A stretch of 62,816 nt of DNA, the filler included, from Octopus bimaculoides (lineage: Eukaryota), in the NCBI RefSeq assembly GCF_001194135.2. It is 6 parts of 6 records of this genome, joined end to end, with 100 filler letters (N's around TTAATTAATTAA, not from the genome) between each part and the next. Parts side by side here need not be neighbours in the genome. Positions count along the whole stretch, not along the records: positions 1 to 31,046 come from NC_068994.1; 5 more parts are not named here. One strand, 5' to 3'. The first letter of the stretch is position 1, and each line of letters starts with the position of its first letter. Below are positions 1 to 12,700 of this stretch, piece by piece. The position numbers were made by a program, and so were the translations under genes. The notes beneath the pieces are model-generated. The model did no database searches. It worked only from the letters and a program-made list of their open reading frames with translations, and was not told the DNA's origin.

Positions 1-135
1 TAATGACAGTTGCTTCTGATAGGACTATATGGAGAACTTGGCGGGGAGATACCTCCACGACTCTCCCGGGAAAAGTGGATAGAGAAGATAGAGGGATGGA
101 TGGATTTCCATATATTTATTACTTTAAATGCGCAA

Positions 136-420
136 GTTTTGAGTTCGAAACCCGGTAACGCGTTGTGTCCTTAAGCAAGACACTTTATTTCACTTTGCTT
201 TAGTCCACACAATTGGCAAAAGTGAGTAGTGCATGTATTTCAAAGGGCCGGTTTTGTCACATTCTGTATCACTGAATTTCCCTGGCAACTGCATTAAAGG
301 TACGCTTATTTGTGGAGTGCTCAGCCATTTGCACGTTAATTTCACGAGGAGGCTAGGCTGTTCCGTTTCCCGGATCGATTGGAACCCGCGTCGTCGTAAC
401 CGACGAAATGTCAGTTATTA
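136..420 (+). mobile_element. tRNA-derived SINE, family C (5'-degenerate)
   Basis: B-box-like GAGTTCGAAACCC, then gcgttgtgtccttaagcaagacacttt, and the 3' module gctcagccatttgcacgttaatttcacgag...ggaacccgcgtcgtcgtaaccgacgga shared with 9570-9960 and 29900-30210. Confidence 0.75.
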
Positions 421-1467
421 TTTTAAACAGTTGTATTAATATATATACACTGAGTTAATTGTATTGAAAAACGTGTTATCGTGTATGTGATAGTTAAAAG
501 TTTAAAATGCATAAGACAGAAATAATGCTTTACTTCATACTGCTATGCGATAATTGTGCATACTGATTATAAACAGCAGAGGACAATTATATGGAAAAAT
601 ATTTGTATGTATATAGATAAATGCCGTGTTTGATGGCATAAAAAATGCATGGTTATATTAGATTACTCCGTTTTCAGTGGCACGTATTCGAGAAAAATGC
701 ATTTGGTGCATTAAACATATTTTGCACACAAGATGCGGATTGGCATTTTTAAATATTCGAGGACTGGGGGAATAGTGTCTTTTATATGCCATCAGTTACG
801 GTATGTCGGCATTACAACCCAAAGTTGATTATCTTTTGCCGATCATGATATACAAAACATGTTACGCAAAAGAAGAAAAAAAAGCGAGAACGCCTTTCAC
901 GGAATTGAGCTACAGAGTAGCGTGCAGCTTCTGGAGGGACTCTATCTTGGAATATAATACTCCAGATTTTAATAACCTTGAGCAAAGCTTTTAGAACGTT
1001 CACGAATATAATTTGGCAGGAATTTCTCACAACTTTCTTTAAAAGTTTACGTCTTGCCTGTTACGTGTCAACTGATATTAATTGGCAGGCATTGATGCCT
1101 TTCATGGTAATATAGTTGAGTTCTCGTAGCTAGTCCTGCTCTCTATGGAAATATAACAAGGCGGTGGCTCTAAACAACAAATATGAGTGAGATAGTTTGA
1201 ATCTAGGCAGAAGCCTCTCTACAAAGAACAGTTCTTAATTGGGAGCAAGAAAATTCAACCAAGAGCCGTTTGAATGGACATGAAGTATGTGCGTTAAATT
1301 AACTATTTTCTTAACTAAAGGCATTCCAACTATGATCACCCCCACCCCGATGGGAGGGTGTGACTGAAGTAGGTTTGGGACCTGTTTCTGGCAGTTACAG
1401 TGACTGCAATATGGTTCTCTCATTAGTATATTATGTTATATTAGGTATAATATTTAGTTTTAAGAAA

Positions 1468-1660
1468 GCAGCGAATTGCCAGAATCGTTGGCAAGCCGTG
1501 CGCGTCTTTATGTTCTGAGTCCAAATTCTTCCGAGGTCGAATTTGCTTTTCATAATTTTTGGAGTCGATAAAATAAGTACCAGCTGAGCACTGAGATCGA
1601 TGTGATCGATTTATAATACCCTCACCTGAAATTTCTGGCCTTGTGCCAAAATTTGAAATC
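1468..1660 (+). mobile_element. SINE, family A
   Basis: Matches the window consensus gcagaatcgttagc...ttctgagttcaaatt...gaggtcgac...gataaaataagtaccag...gccttgtgccaaaatttgaaa. Confidence 0.8.
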
Positions 1661-1884
1661 CTTATTTAGTTTTAAGGTACATTACACTTACAAGAAACGG
1701 GGATTTTTTAAATTGCAGATTACGGGATTCTGAAAAGAAATTTGAGTACTCCAGGAGAAAATATTAGTGTGAAAATATTAAATCATTATTCACAGTACTC
1801 TGGTTAGACTTATTCATTTGAATGTTGATTTGTGAGGCATCTAATGTTAAATTAATATTATAATATTAATAATATTAATATAAA

Positions 1885-2597
1885 TTAATATTAGTGCTAT
1901 GCATTAGGCGGCGAGCTGGCTGAATCATTAGCGTGCTGAGCAATAATGCTCAGCAGCATTTCGTCCGTCTTTACGTTCTGAGTTCAAATGCTTCCGGGAT
2001 CGACTTTGCCTTTCATCCTTTCAGGGGTGATAAATTAAGTACCAATCGACTAACCTCTTCCCCCAAAATTTCAAGCCTTGTGCCTAGAGAAGAATAGAAT
2101 ATTATAAGATTAATATAAATTAATATTAATGATATGCGTTAAGCACCGAGCTGCCTGAATCATTATCACGCCGGGCAATAATGCTTAACGGCATTTTGTC
2201 CGTCTTTATGTTCTGAGTTCAGATGCTTCCGGAGTCGACTTTATCTTTCATTCTTTTGGGATCGATAAAATAAGTACCAGTTGAGCACTGAGGCTGATGC
2301 AATTGACTTACCCCTCCCCATAAAACTGCTGACCTTGTGCCAACATTTGAAGTCAATATTAGTGTTATACATAAGGCGGTGAGCTAGCAGAATCGTTAGT
2401 ACGCCGGGCAAAATGTTTAGCGGAATGTCGTCCGTCTTTACGTCATGAATTCAAATTCCGCCGAGGTCGACTTAGCCTTTCATTCTTTCGAGGGCCGATA
2501 AAATAAGTACCAGTTGAACACTGGTGTCGATGTAATTGACTTACTCCTCCGCGAAATTGCTGGCTTTGTACCAAAATATGGAACCAATGTTGGTATT
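1885..2597 (+). mobile_element. Three head-to-tail family A SINE copies (units start near 1885, 2120, 2357)
   Basis: Each unit has the full family A body and a similar AT-rich leader (tattagtgctatgcattaggcg / tattaatgatatgcgttaagca / tattagtgttatacataaggcg). Confidence 0.85.
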
Positions 2598-2693
2598 AAA
2601 TAATTAAAGCATTACGTACAAGATTATTTTTTCTTATATGCTGAATGAAACAAGACGATGAACTTGTAACGGAGGAAAATACAGTGAACATGG

Positions 2694-2800
2694 TTGTGTG
2701 GCTATGAAACTCGCTTTGTAACCACGTGGTTTCGGGTTCAGTCCTGCTGCAAGTGTCTTGGGCAAGTGTCTTCTGCTATAACTCCGGGTCGCCTAACGCA
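2694..2800 (+). mobile_element. SINE family B, 5' fragment
   Basis: tggttgtgtggctatgaaactcgctt...ggtttcgggttcagtcc...cttgggcaagtgtcttct; tRNA-like head plus CORE-like motif. Confidence 0.7.
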
Positions 2801-2989
2801 TCCAAATTACAGACTATCACGACAAACAGACAAAAACATGTAGATAGCTCGTAAATAACCTTTTCTACGTCTACGGGAAGTAAAAAAAAAAACAAAAACA
2901 AACGTGGAGATGATAAGGGATAATGAAAGTGTTAATATTAACGAAGAAACAAAAATTTCCGTGGTAAGGTATAACGAAATGAGAATGAG

Positions 2990-3030
2990 AGGAAAATCAT
3001 TAAACCTGCTCTCAAATTCATTTTTATCAT

Positions 3031-3081
<51 letters not shown>

Positions 3082-3787
3082 TAACGCCATTATTATTAAT
3101 ATTATTATTATTATCATCATCATAATTATTAGATATTATTATCATTATTATTATTATTATTATTATTAATTCGTTTTTCTTTATTTTTTGTTTCGTCTGT
3201 TTCTCTAAAGGAAATTCTTTATCTCAAGGATAATGAAATAATAGTTGGAACGAATCTTAGAGAAGTACTTCATTCTTTTTCTCCTTTTCTTCTTTCTTTT
3301 TTTTCCTTTTTTTCTTTTTTTTTCTCTCCTTTTCTTCTTCTTCTTCTTCTTCTTCTTCTTCTTCTTCTTCTTCTTCTTCTTCTTCTTCTTCTTCTCTGTC
3401 GTGTATTCGCCATCGACGCTGCTGGCTGCCAACAATTGCTACCATCACTATTGCCAATGTTTTTTTTGTTACATCGTTTCGATTCTACATGAATAAACCA
3501 CTTTCTTTATTAAGAATGGATTCAGCTGTGCAGAACAATAGACTTGGAACTTGGTTCGGCAGCGGTATTAAACTTAGTCAATACCATGCTTCGCAAAAAT
3601 CTTCCATTTTTCCAAGATCATCCTGTTTAATGAAGATATGCTGGGATTTTTTCTTTTGTTTCTTGTTTTTTGGGGGTTTTTTTGGTTTTTTCTAATGTGA
3701 CTGTTTCAATATTTCTATCGATTCTGTGTCTTCGATCATCATTATCATCATCATAATCTTTGTAATCATCATCATCATCATCACCAC

Positions 3788-3818
<31 letters not shown>

Positions 3819-3822
3819 GTCG

Positions 3823-3881
<59 letters not shown>

Positions 3882-4460
3882 GTTTTCATCTTTGTCATCA
3901 TCATCAACGCCATAATCACCACCACCACTGTCACCGTTGTCATCGTTGTCATCATCGTCGTCATCATCATGATCATCATCACCATCGTCATCACCATCAT
4001 CGTTGTTATTAGTATCGATGTTACAAACATTAATAAAGTGTTTATATTTGTTTTTCCATGCCTTTTTTATATATGTATAATCGATTCAGCATAAAATTCT
4101 ACCACCGTTTTTTCTGTTTGTTTGTTTTCTTTCATATTTATATATATATATATTTAGCTTGCCTTTGTAATAACGTTTCCTTCATCAGTCGATTTTCTGA
4201 TAAATAATCTTTATTGTTATTATTATTATTATTATTATTATCATCATCATCATCCTCATTATTACTATTGTTGTTGTTGTTGTTGTTGTTGTTGTGTTTT
4301 GTTGTTGTTGTTGTTGTTGCAGTTGCAGCTATGTATTATTTTTTCGGCATAACCATTATTCCTACAACCATCATAATCGTCGTCGTTGTCATCATCATCC
4401 TCAACATCATCCGCATCAACAACAACATCATTGTTGTCAACGTTGTCTTTGATGCCTTAA
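2990..4460. repeat. Compound trinucleotide microsatellite field: (ATC)n, (ATT)n, (CTT)n, (GTT)n
   Basis: Directly visible; explains the poly-M/I/D/E/K ORFs. Confidence 0.95.
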
Positions 4461-4614
4461 TTTGATATTTATAATGGTTATGATTGAAATTATTCTGCCT
4501 GTTATGAACCCTTGCGACAAATAAAGGAATAATATTTATCTCTACTTTTCCATATCCTGTGGAAGGGATACATTTCGCAGGTTAGGCAATTGTCAGCGCC
4601 CTCAACAAGGCGGA

Positions 4615-5905
4615 CTCGACGTGGGAATACTTGAGGCAGATGGAATCAAACACAACGACATGAAGGAAAAGACAAAAAAGAAAGTACCTGTAGCGAGTGA
4701 GAAAATATTGGCTTCAGAGCTGAATGCCAGAAACATAATTTCGGCAATAAAGTCGCGCGCAGTCGCAGTAGAGCGGTATGGAGCTGGAATCCTGAAGTGG
4801 ACAGAGGAGAAGCTAAAGGAGATGGACAGGAAGTCAAGAAAGCTCCTAATGATGCATGGAGCCCATCGCCCACGTGCAGACATTGATCGCCTATACATGA
4901 AAAGAGCAAATGCAGGAAGGGAACTGATAAGTGTGGAAGACTGCGTGCGTATCGAACTCGAGAGCTTAATGAGATACTTAGCCCAAAGTAAGGAAACCAT
5001 GCTAGTGACACTTAGGAAAGAAGGAGTATTGAAAGTAGAGAAAAAAGGAAAAACAAAGGAAGTACGAAAAGGAGAAGAAGAAGAATTACACAATAAATTC
5101 TATGAAGCCACAACAGAAGTTGCTGGAAAAATAGGTGGGATTGGCTGATGAAAGGAAACCTAAAAAAGAGACCGAGAGCTCTATACTGGCAGCACAAGAC
5201 CAAGCTTTGGCCATGAACTTGAAGATCAACTTTAGGAATAAGCAAGTGTCTTCGCTGTGCCGCATCTGCAATAAAGTGGATGAAACCATTGCCCATATCA
5301 CGAATGAATGCCCTAGACTTGCCCAAAACAACTACAAGTTGTAGCAACTCGATCAGGTAGTGAAAGTGCTACTTTGGAAACTGCGGAAAGTAGGGACTAG
5401 AGAGAAACAAGACGTGGTATGGGCACAAACTGCAGAGAGTGTCGGAGTCGGAAAGTAGCAAAATCGTCTGGGATTTCCCAAGCCAAACAGATCAGATGCT
5501 ACGTCATTACAGACCGGACCTAGTGGTGGTGGTGGTCAAGATGCACCACATGCGCTATATAGTTGATGCTGCATGCCCCTTTGACCCACGAATAGTCAAG
5601 AAGGAAGGCTAAAAGATAGATGAATACAACCCTCTTTCCGGCTATGGAAAATGAAGGTGAAGATAGTGCCAATTATTGCTGGTTCCTTAGGAACAGTATC
5701 AGAAGGCATCAAGAGGAATATAAAGGAAACTGGAATAGAGGGCCCAGTAGAACAGTTACAAAAGGTTAACCTCATTGGTATGGCCAGAATACTCAGGAAA
5801 GTATTAGATAGCTGAAAAGAACAGATAGCATGGTACCGTAAGCTGCAGGTAGCAAGCCCACTATTCATGCAAGACTCCAAGAGCTCCAACAAAACCTGTG
5901 ATAAA
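4615..5905 (+). mobile_element. 5'-truncated, decayed R4/Dong-like non-LTR retrotransposon (RT thumb, CCHC knuckle, restriction-like endonuclease)
   Basis: Translations LGILEADGIK, RYGAGILKW, HPRADIDRLY..GREL, AAQDQAL, CRICNKVDETIAHITNEC, WDFP..RPDLVVV..IVDAACPFD; stops and frameshifts; ends in (AAT)n. Confidence 0.85.
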
Positions 5906-5909
5906 GAGA

Positions 5910-5922
5910 AATAATAATAATA

Positions 5923-5986
<64 letters not shown>
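5910..5986. repeat. (AAT)n tract between the LINE 3' end and an oppositely oriented SINE
   Basis: Directly visible. Confidence 0.95.
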
Positions 5987-5987
<1 letters not shown>

Positions 5988-6195
5988 CCTTTCTACTGGA
6001 AACACAAGGCCTCACATTTAGTGGAAGGGATTAATTCGATTACAAGGACCTCAGTACTTGACTGGTACTTACTTTATCGACCTTGAAAGGATGAAAGGCA
6101 AAACTGAACTCGGAATTTGAACTCAGAGCATAGACACCTGGAAGAATTACTGTTAAGCATTTTTTCTCGACGAGCTATCGATTCTACCGGTTCAA
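5987..6195 (-). mobile_element. SINE, family A
   Basis: Reverse complement of the family A consensus: cctttctact...ggtacttactttatcgac...gaatttgaactcag. Confidence 0.8.
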
Positions 6196-8131
6196 TAATA
6201 CCACCAATATTTTAATCCTTGAATACTCTGAAATACAATGTTTTATTTCTCTTAACTTAGTTGGAAAGAGGAATTTTTTGTGAAATATGCATGGAAACTA
6301 AATTGATATAACAGTAGAAAATCTGATTGACTTTATCACTCACATACCCGTAGGAACATTTTAACCACTTTTTTAATACCTATTTTTGATATAATCGTTT
6401 AAATAATCGATATTTTTACCTTTATGTTATTCTTTCTTTTATACTCATTTGTCTATATTCATTTTACTTAGTTGTTTTGTTGTTTGCTTTCTTTTTCGCT
6501 GGTAATTAATGTTTTTTGCCGATGAGTGTTTACTTTGGGAGAGAAAATTATCCAGTTATTTGAATTAAAAGAAATTATTCACATATTAAAATAATATGTG
6601 GTTAGAAGGAAAGAGCGAAAACACAACAGCAAAGTCTTAGTTTAGTCAGCTAGCAATAATTATTATCAGTCAACTTCAGTTATTTTTGTCATGAAGAAAA
6701 CCTTATAACGAGGAATTAATTATAGGAGGCAGATGGACAGTAAATATTGATTTTTAACATAGGCACAGAGGTTTAGATAAGTGAGAGGGATATAGTCGAT
6801 TAACCCTCTGCTTGTCCAAAACATTTTCATAAGTTCATTTTCAGACATTTACATAGCCTTTGTTTCACAGGTTTCATAAGCAATGTAAAGCTTTCTGTTC
6901 ATAAATCTCAAGTTACTCTAATGGTTAAAAAAAAAATGGAAACGTGTATCATATCAATATATATATATATGCGTGTGTGTATGTATGTATGTGTGTGTGT
7001 GTGTGTGTGTNNNNNNNNNNNNNNNNNNNNNNNNNNNNNNNNNNNNNNNNNNNNNNNNNNNNNNNNNNNNNNNNNNNNNNNNNNNNNNNNNNNNNNNNNN
7101 NNNNNNNNNNNNNNNNNNNNNNNNNNNNNNNNNNNNNNNNNNNNNNNNNNNNNNNNNNNNNNNNNNNNNNNNNNNNNNNNNNNNNNNNNNNNNNNNNNNN
7201 NNNNNNNNNNNNNNNNNNNNNNNNNNNNNNNNNNNNNNNNNNNNNNNNNNNNNNNNNNNNNNNNNNNNNNNNNNNNNNNNNNNNNNNNNNNNNNNNNNNN
7301 NNNNNNNNNNNNNNNNNNNNNNNNNNNNNNNNNNNNNNNNNNNNNNNNNNNNNNNNNNNNNNNNNNNNNNNNNNNNNNNNNNNNNNNNNNNNNNNNNNNN
7401 NNNNNNNNNNNNNNNNNNNNNNNNNNNNNNNNNNNNNNNNNNNNNNNNNNNNNNNNNNNNNNNNNNNNNNNNNNNNNNNNNNNNNNNNNNNNNNNNNNNN
7501 NNNNNNNNNNNNNNNNNNNNNNNNNNNNNNNNNNNNNNNNNNNNNNNNNNNNNNNNNNNNNNNNNNNNNNNNNNNNNNNNNNNNNNNNNNNNNNNNNNNN
7601 NNNNNNNNNNNNNNNNNNNNNNNNNNNNNNNNNNNNNNNNNNNNNNNNNNNNNNNNNNNNNNNNNNNNNNNNNNNNNNNNNNNNNNNNNNNNNNNNNNNN
7701 NNNNNNNNNNNNNNNNNNNNNNNNNNNNNNNNNNNNNNNNNNNNTTTACAGAAAGCTGTGAAGAAAGATACCCTGTAATAGTTTATCGTTAACGATATTG
7801 GTATCTGGACTAATCCAATAACTGTGCAGACGATACTTTATTTAAAATCTATTCTTTCGATCAGTTAATAACATTTTTTGCATAGAAAATATGCGACAGC
7901 ATTGTTTAGCTATTTTAATTACACGGATAATACAGTAAATTATATGGTATTAATACAAAACTTTAATTTAGTTGATGTAATACCGTTTGTCTACGTATGA
8001 AAGTCATGGCATAAATTATCACTTAAATAATCCCATTTGACATTTCTGATAAAGATATTAAATAATAGTTAAAGATGTCTCTTACGTCATAAATTACCAC
8101 GCGCACGTAAAAGCAGTGAAGACCAAAATAA

Positions 8132-8797
8132 TGGTTTCAAATTTTGGCACAAAGCCAGTAAGTTCGGGAGAGGGGGTAATTTGACTACATCGACCCAGTG
8201 CTCAACTGGTACTTATTTTATCGACACCAGTGCTCAGCCGGTACTTATTTTATAGGCTCCACTGCTCAACTAGTACTTATTTTATCGATTCTGAAAGGAT
8301 GAAAGGTGAAGTGGACCTCGGCAGAATTTAATCTTAGAATTTAAAGACGCCGATTTAAGGAGAATTAAAATAATCCTTTCTACTAAGTGCACTAGGCCTG
8401 CAATTTTGGGGGCGGGAACTAGTAGATTACATTGACCCCAGTGTTTCACTGGTACTTAATTTATCGACGCCGGAAGGATAAATGGCAAAGTCGACCTCGG
8501 CAGAATTTGAACTTTGAACGTAGCGACGGGCGAAATACCGCTATTTCGTCCAGCGTATTAACAATTCTTATTTCTTTATTGCCCACAAGAGGCTAAACAT
8601 AGAGGGGACAAACAAGGATAGACAAAGGGATTAATTCGATTACATCGACCCAGTGCGTAACTGGTACTTAATTTATCGACCCCGAAAGGATGAAAGGCAA
8701 AGTCGACCTCGGCGGAATTTGAACTTAGAACGTAGCGACGGGCGAAATACCGCTAAGTATTCCGTCCAGCGTATTAACGATTCTGCCATCTCGCCAC
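8132..8797 (-). mobile_element. Cluster of three family A SINEs (about 8132-8345, 8370-8565, 8566-8797)
   Basis: Three repeats of ggtacttaatttatcgac...ggcaaagtcgacctcggc.gaatttgaact; the last has the tttctttattgcccacaag tail variant also seen at 35002-35225. Confidence 0.85.
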
Positions 8798-9569
8798 CTG
8801 AGGGAGAATTGAAAATAATGATATGCATTATTTTTATACGTTCCAGCAGATTTGAACGCGAATGTTTTGATTCTCGCTGTTTTACGTGCTTATGATAATT
8901 TACTACTGGTTTGGCAGACATCAAAAAAAGGCATCAGTAACTAATTTAGTTGCTGAATTCTATAAACCAGAACGACCATTTTTGTTTAGATTCGTGGAAC
9001 CTGAAATAATTTTGATTGAAGAGACACAATCAGGTCGAAACACCAGTATCTTAAGTCTCCTTACATCACTGAATCGAGTGTTGTAAAAATACAGTGTTTG
9101 ATGGGAAAAGGTGTTCTCCGACGGCGAAATACAACAATGATTAACATATATAAAAATCTACCGGAAGGTATTAAGAAATATGTCATTTTGTGACTATTTT
9201 ACGAGTAAAAGAGAGAACAAAATAAATTCTTACGGAAGAGCCAATGACAACTGAAGGCATATTACGTAGAAAACCGATCAAAAATGAAGTGAGCCTTGTG
9301 TTGCATGACAGTGTTCATGAGTGCAGATTTATTGAAGATTCCCAAGTATCTTATCGACACACACAAAGATATGGCTGCGGCGGACATATTTACGAAGGAA
9401 AGAGAGAAGAGAAAAATAATTCAAATTTTCCAATAAGGGTTTTTCTTGTTGCAATGAATAGAGAACAGACAATGACAAAAGAGTTTACATTAGTAAGAAA
9501 ATTCCAGCAATCAACAAATAAGTAAATAACTGGTGTAAGGCTTTGATTGGCAGAAAACTCAATAGATAA

Positions 9570-9960
9570 GTTCTGTTTATATAGTTGTTGGCACTCCGTC
9601 GCTTACGACGTCGTGGGTTCCGATCAACGGAACAGCCTGCTCGTGAAATTAACGTGCAAGTGGCTGAGCACTCCACAGACACATGTACTCTTAACGTAGT
9701 TCTCGGAGATATTCAGCGTGACACAGTGTGACAAGGCTGACCCTTTGAATTACAGGCACAACAGAAACAGGAAGTAAGAGTGAGAAAAAGTAGTGGTGAA
9801 AGAGTACAAAAGGGTTCGCCACCATCCCCTGCCGGAGCCTCGTGGAGCTTTTAGGTGTTTTCGCTCAATAAACACTCACAACGCCCGGCCTGGGAATTGA
9901 AACCGCGATCCTATGAGCGCGAGTCCGCTGCCCTAACCACTGGGCCATTGCGCCTCCACT
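9570..9960 (-). mobile_element. Near-complete tRNA-derived SINE, family C
   Basis: Minus strand has A-box TGGCCCAGTGG, B-box-like GGTTTCAATTCC and an AAC-type tail; body is the reverse complement of 29900-30210. Confidence 0.85.
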
Positions 9961-10119
9961 CTGTTTTTATACACAGCCGATAAAATACGGCAACAGCAGG
10001 AAACAACGAACAGAGCGGAAAGTGTCAAGATATTTGTTATGATACTTTGGCTTGTAAAATAACTTTTTAAGAGCCCTAATAACCGAAATCAACTTACAGA
10101 ATTCACGTCTGTATATATA

Positions 10120-10310
10120 TATATATATATACTTTTATTCTTTTACATGTTTCAGTCATTTTGACTGTGGTCATGTTGGAGCACCACCTGTTAGTCAAAG
10201 AAATCGATCCCTAGACTTAGACTTTGTTAGCCTGGTACTTATTCTATCGGTCTTTTTAGCCGAACCGCTAAGTTACTTGGACGTAAACACACCAACATCA
10301 ACAACAACAA
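10120..10310 (-). mobile_element. SINE family B, 3' half
   Basis: tttcagtcattttgactgtggtcatgttggagcacc...cctggtacttattctatcggtc...ccgaaccgctaagttac. Confidence 0.8.
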
Positions 10311-10357
10311 CAACAATAATAATAGCAACAAATAATAATAATAATAANNNNNNNNNN

Positions 10358-10398
<41 letters not shown>

Positions 10399-10401
<3 letters not shown>

Positions 10402-10610
10402 CCTTTCTACTAAAGGCACAAGACCTGAAATTTTGGGAGGGGACAGCCGATTATATCGACCCTAGTATTCAACTGGTGCTTAATTTATCGACCCCGAAAG
10501 AATGAAAGGCAAGGTCGACCTCGGCGGAATTTGAACTCGGAAGGTTAGGACGGACGAAATGCTGCTAAGCATTTTGTCCGGCGTGCTAACGAATCTGCTT
10601 GCTCACTGCT
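10399..10610 (-). mobile_element. SINE family A with (AAT)n on both sides
   Basis: Near-consensus body; AAT tracts on both flanks. Confidence 0.85.
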
Positions 10611-11005
10611 TTAATAAAAATAATAATNNNNNNNNNNNNNNNNNNNNNNNNNNNNNNNNNNNNNNNNNNNNNNNNNNNNNNNNNNNNNNNNNNNNNNNNN
10701 NNNNNNNNNNNNNNNNNNNNNNNNNNNNNNNNNNNNNNNNNNNNNNNNNNNNNNNNNNNNNNNNNNNNNNNNNNNNNNNNNNNNNNNNNNNNNNNNNNNN
10801 NNNNNNNNNNNNNNNNNNNNNNNNNNNNNNNNNNNNNNNNNNNNNNNNNNNNNNNNNNNNNNNNNNNNNNNNNNNNNNNNNNNNNNNNNNNNNNNNNNNN
10901 NNNNNNNNNNNNNNNNNNNNNNNNNNNNNNNNNNNNNNNNNNNNNNNNNNNNNNNNNNNNNNNNNNNNNNNNNNNNNNNNNNNNNNNNNNNNNNNNNNNN
11001 NNNNN

Positions 11006-11106
<101 letters not shown>

Positions 11107-12477
11107 CCACAACAACGACCACGATATTGCATATAAAAACAGTAATACAATTGTTAATAAAGGTAATCTTAATGGTACAATAGTAATGATGAAAATAGTG
11201 ATAATAATGAAATTTAGAGTATTAACGCTGTTGATAATAACTCATTAATAATTTAATCTTGTAAAGATAAAGACGATAAGGATGCTGCTGTTGCTAATGA
11301 TGACGATGATGAATAGACACTATAGCCGATAAAATTATATCTACAGATATACTTTAACAGCTATATTATATAGAAGAAACTAATTTTAAACACGTGTTTT
11401 GCCTTAGGTGGTAGATTTGTCATTATAGAGAATCTCTTTCCCGGTTAGACAAAGTTGAAGAACCAGGATATTTAAATTTAAATTTAAACTTTTCAAAATT
11501 CTTTTTGTTTTTCTTCTTACATAAAATAAATAATATATCTGGAGATGATATCATAGATAACAGAAAATAAGATAAGCGGGTTACCAATTGTTCTACTAAT
11601 GTAAAAATAGTAACAAAGAAAATTAATTCACTTATTGAAAAGTCTATTTAAAGAGATATCCAAGATTCTATAAAGAAACAGAAGAAGAGAGCGAGACATG
11701 TTCGTAATTAGGTTCTTAAATTAGTTTCACCTTTAGGGTTGAAGAATCAGTTGAGAAAACTTTATGCATGTCATTAAAAAGAATCTTGGCAAATGTAATT
11801 TTTTCTGGAAAAGATCAAAGGAATGTACTTGGTGGGGAGTAAGTCATATTCTACGAAGGAAGAGTAGGTCAAGATGTTTGTAGCTATATTAGAGTCAGAA
11901 AAGTACATTGTATGATTATAGTGGTGGCTAGAAACCAACTAGTTTCATTGGTATGATCAATGGTAGTAGCAGGAATCAAACTACATTTGGATTCAGAATA
12001 AGTTAAGTCTGCCGTAATGGAAACTGCTGACGGTTGATACTATACTATCTACCAGAGTTCGATATAGATTAGTAGTTGAAATATGTTTTATATATCTCGT
12101 GTCAACATGCAACCACTTTCTCAGATTTTTAGTTGAGACGGGATGTTTTAAAGAAGATCTAGGATGCCTTTTCTGTGCACAAGTTACATGGTTTACCATT
12201 GCCCAGATGTGGTATCGCTACCACAGTGATCGTTCACTGGAGGTTATACTGTACACACTCTTCTTAAAGCTGTCAAAGGAAAACTGGGTAACGTCGTACT
12301 TGTAGCATTTCTTCCTCATTAGTTGCAGAATTAGTGTACATACTAACTTGGCAAAGTGATTAACGGCTAGCGTATATAAGATCTGTTACAAGAGGTAGTT
12401 TCAGCAATACACTGATATACAATGTTAAATTCAAGATAGTAAACGTTTAGAGGATAGTCGCAGGATTTTTACAGTTG

Positions 12478-12700
12478 CAGTGACGAGCTGGCAGAATCGT
12501 TAGCACGTTGGACAAAATGCTTTGCGGCGTTTCGTCTGTCTTTACATTCTGCATTCATATTCCACCGATGTTGACTTTGGCTTTTTTCCTTTCGGGGTCA
12601 ATAAAATATATACCAGTTGAGCTGTAGGGTCGATATGATCGACTAGTTTGGCCCCCTTCCTCGAAATTTCAGGCCTTGTACTGATAGCAGAAAGAAAGAA
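12478..12700 (+). mobile_element. SINE, family A
   Basis: gagctggcagaatcgttagcacg...ggggtcaataaaatatataccagttg...caggccttgtac. Confidence 0.8.

Noticed and set aside
803-994. Short ORF; another frame has RRKKSENAF, recalling Harbinger ENAFG
   Set aside because: Flanking transposase motifs are absent and there is no recognisable protein similarity
4170-4190. Minus-strand CTGATGA-AG-GAAACGTTA hammerhead-like core (similar CTGAAGA-CT-GAAAC at 44829)
   Set aside because: Helix II is missing and helix I does not pair; such bare matches are expected by chance
2807-4465. Poly-M/I/D/E/K/L ORFs
   Set aside because: Translations of trinucleotide microsatellites
6921-7792. Long ORFs full of X (also across the other N runs)
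   Set aside because: Open only because assembly gaps contain no stop codons
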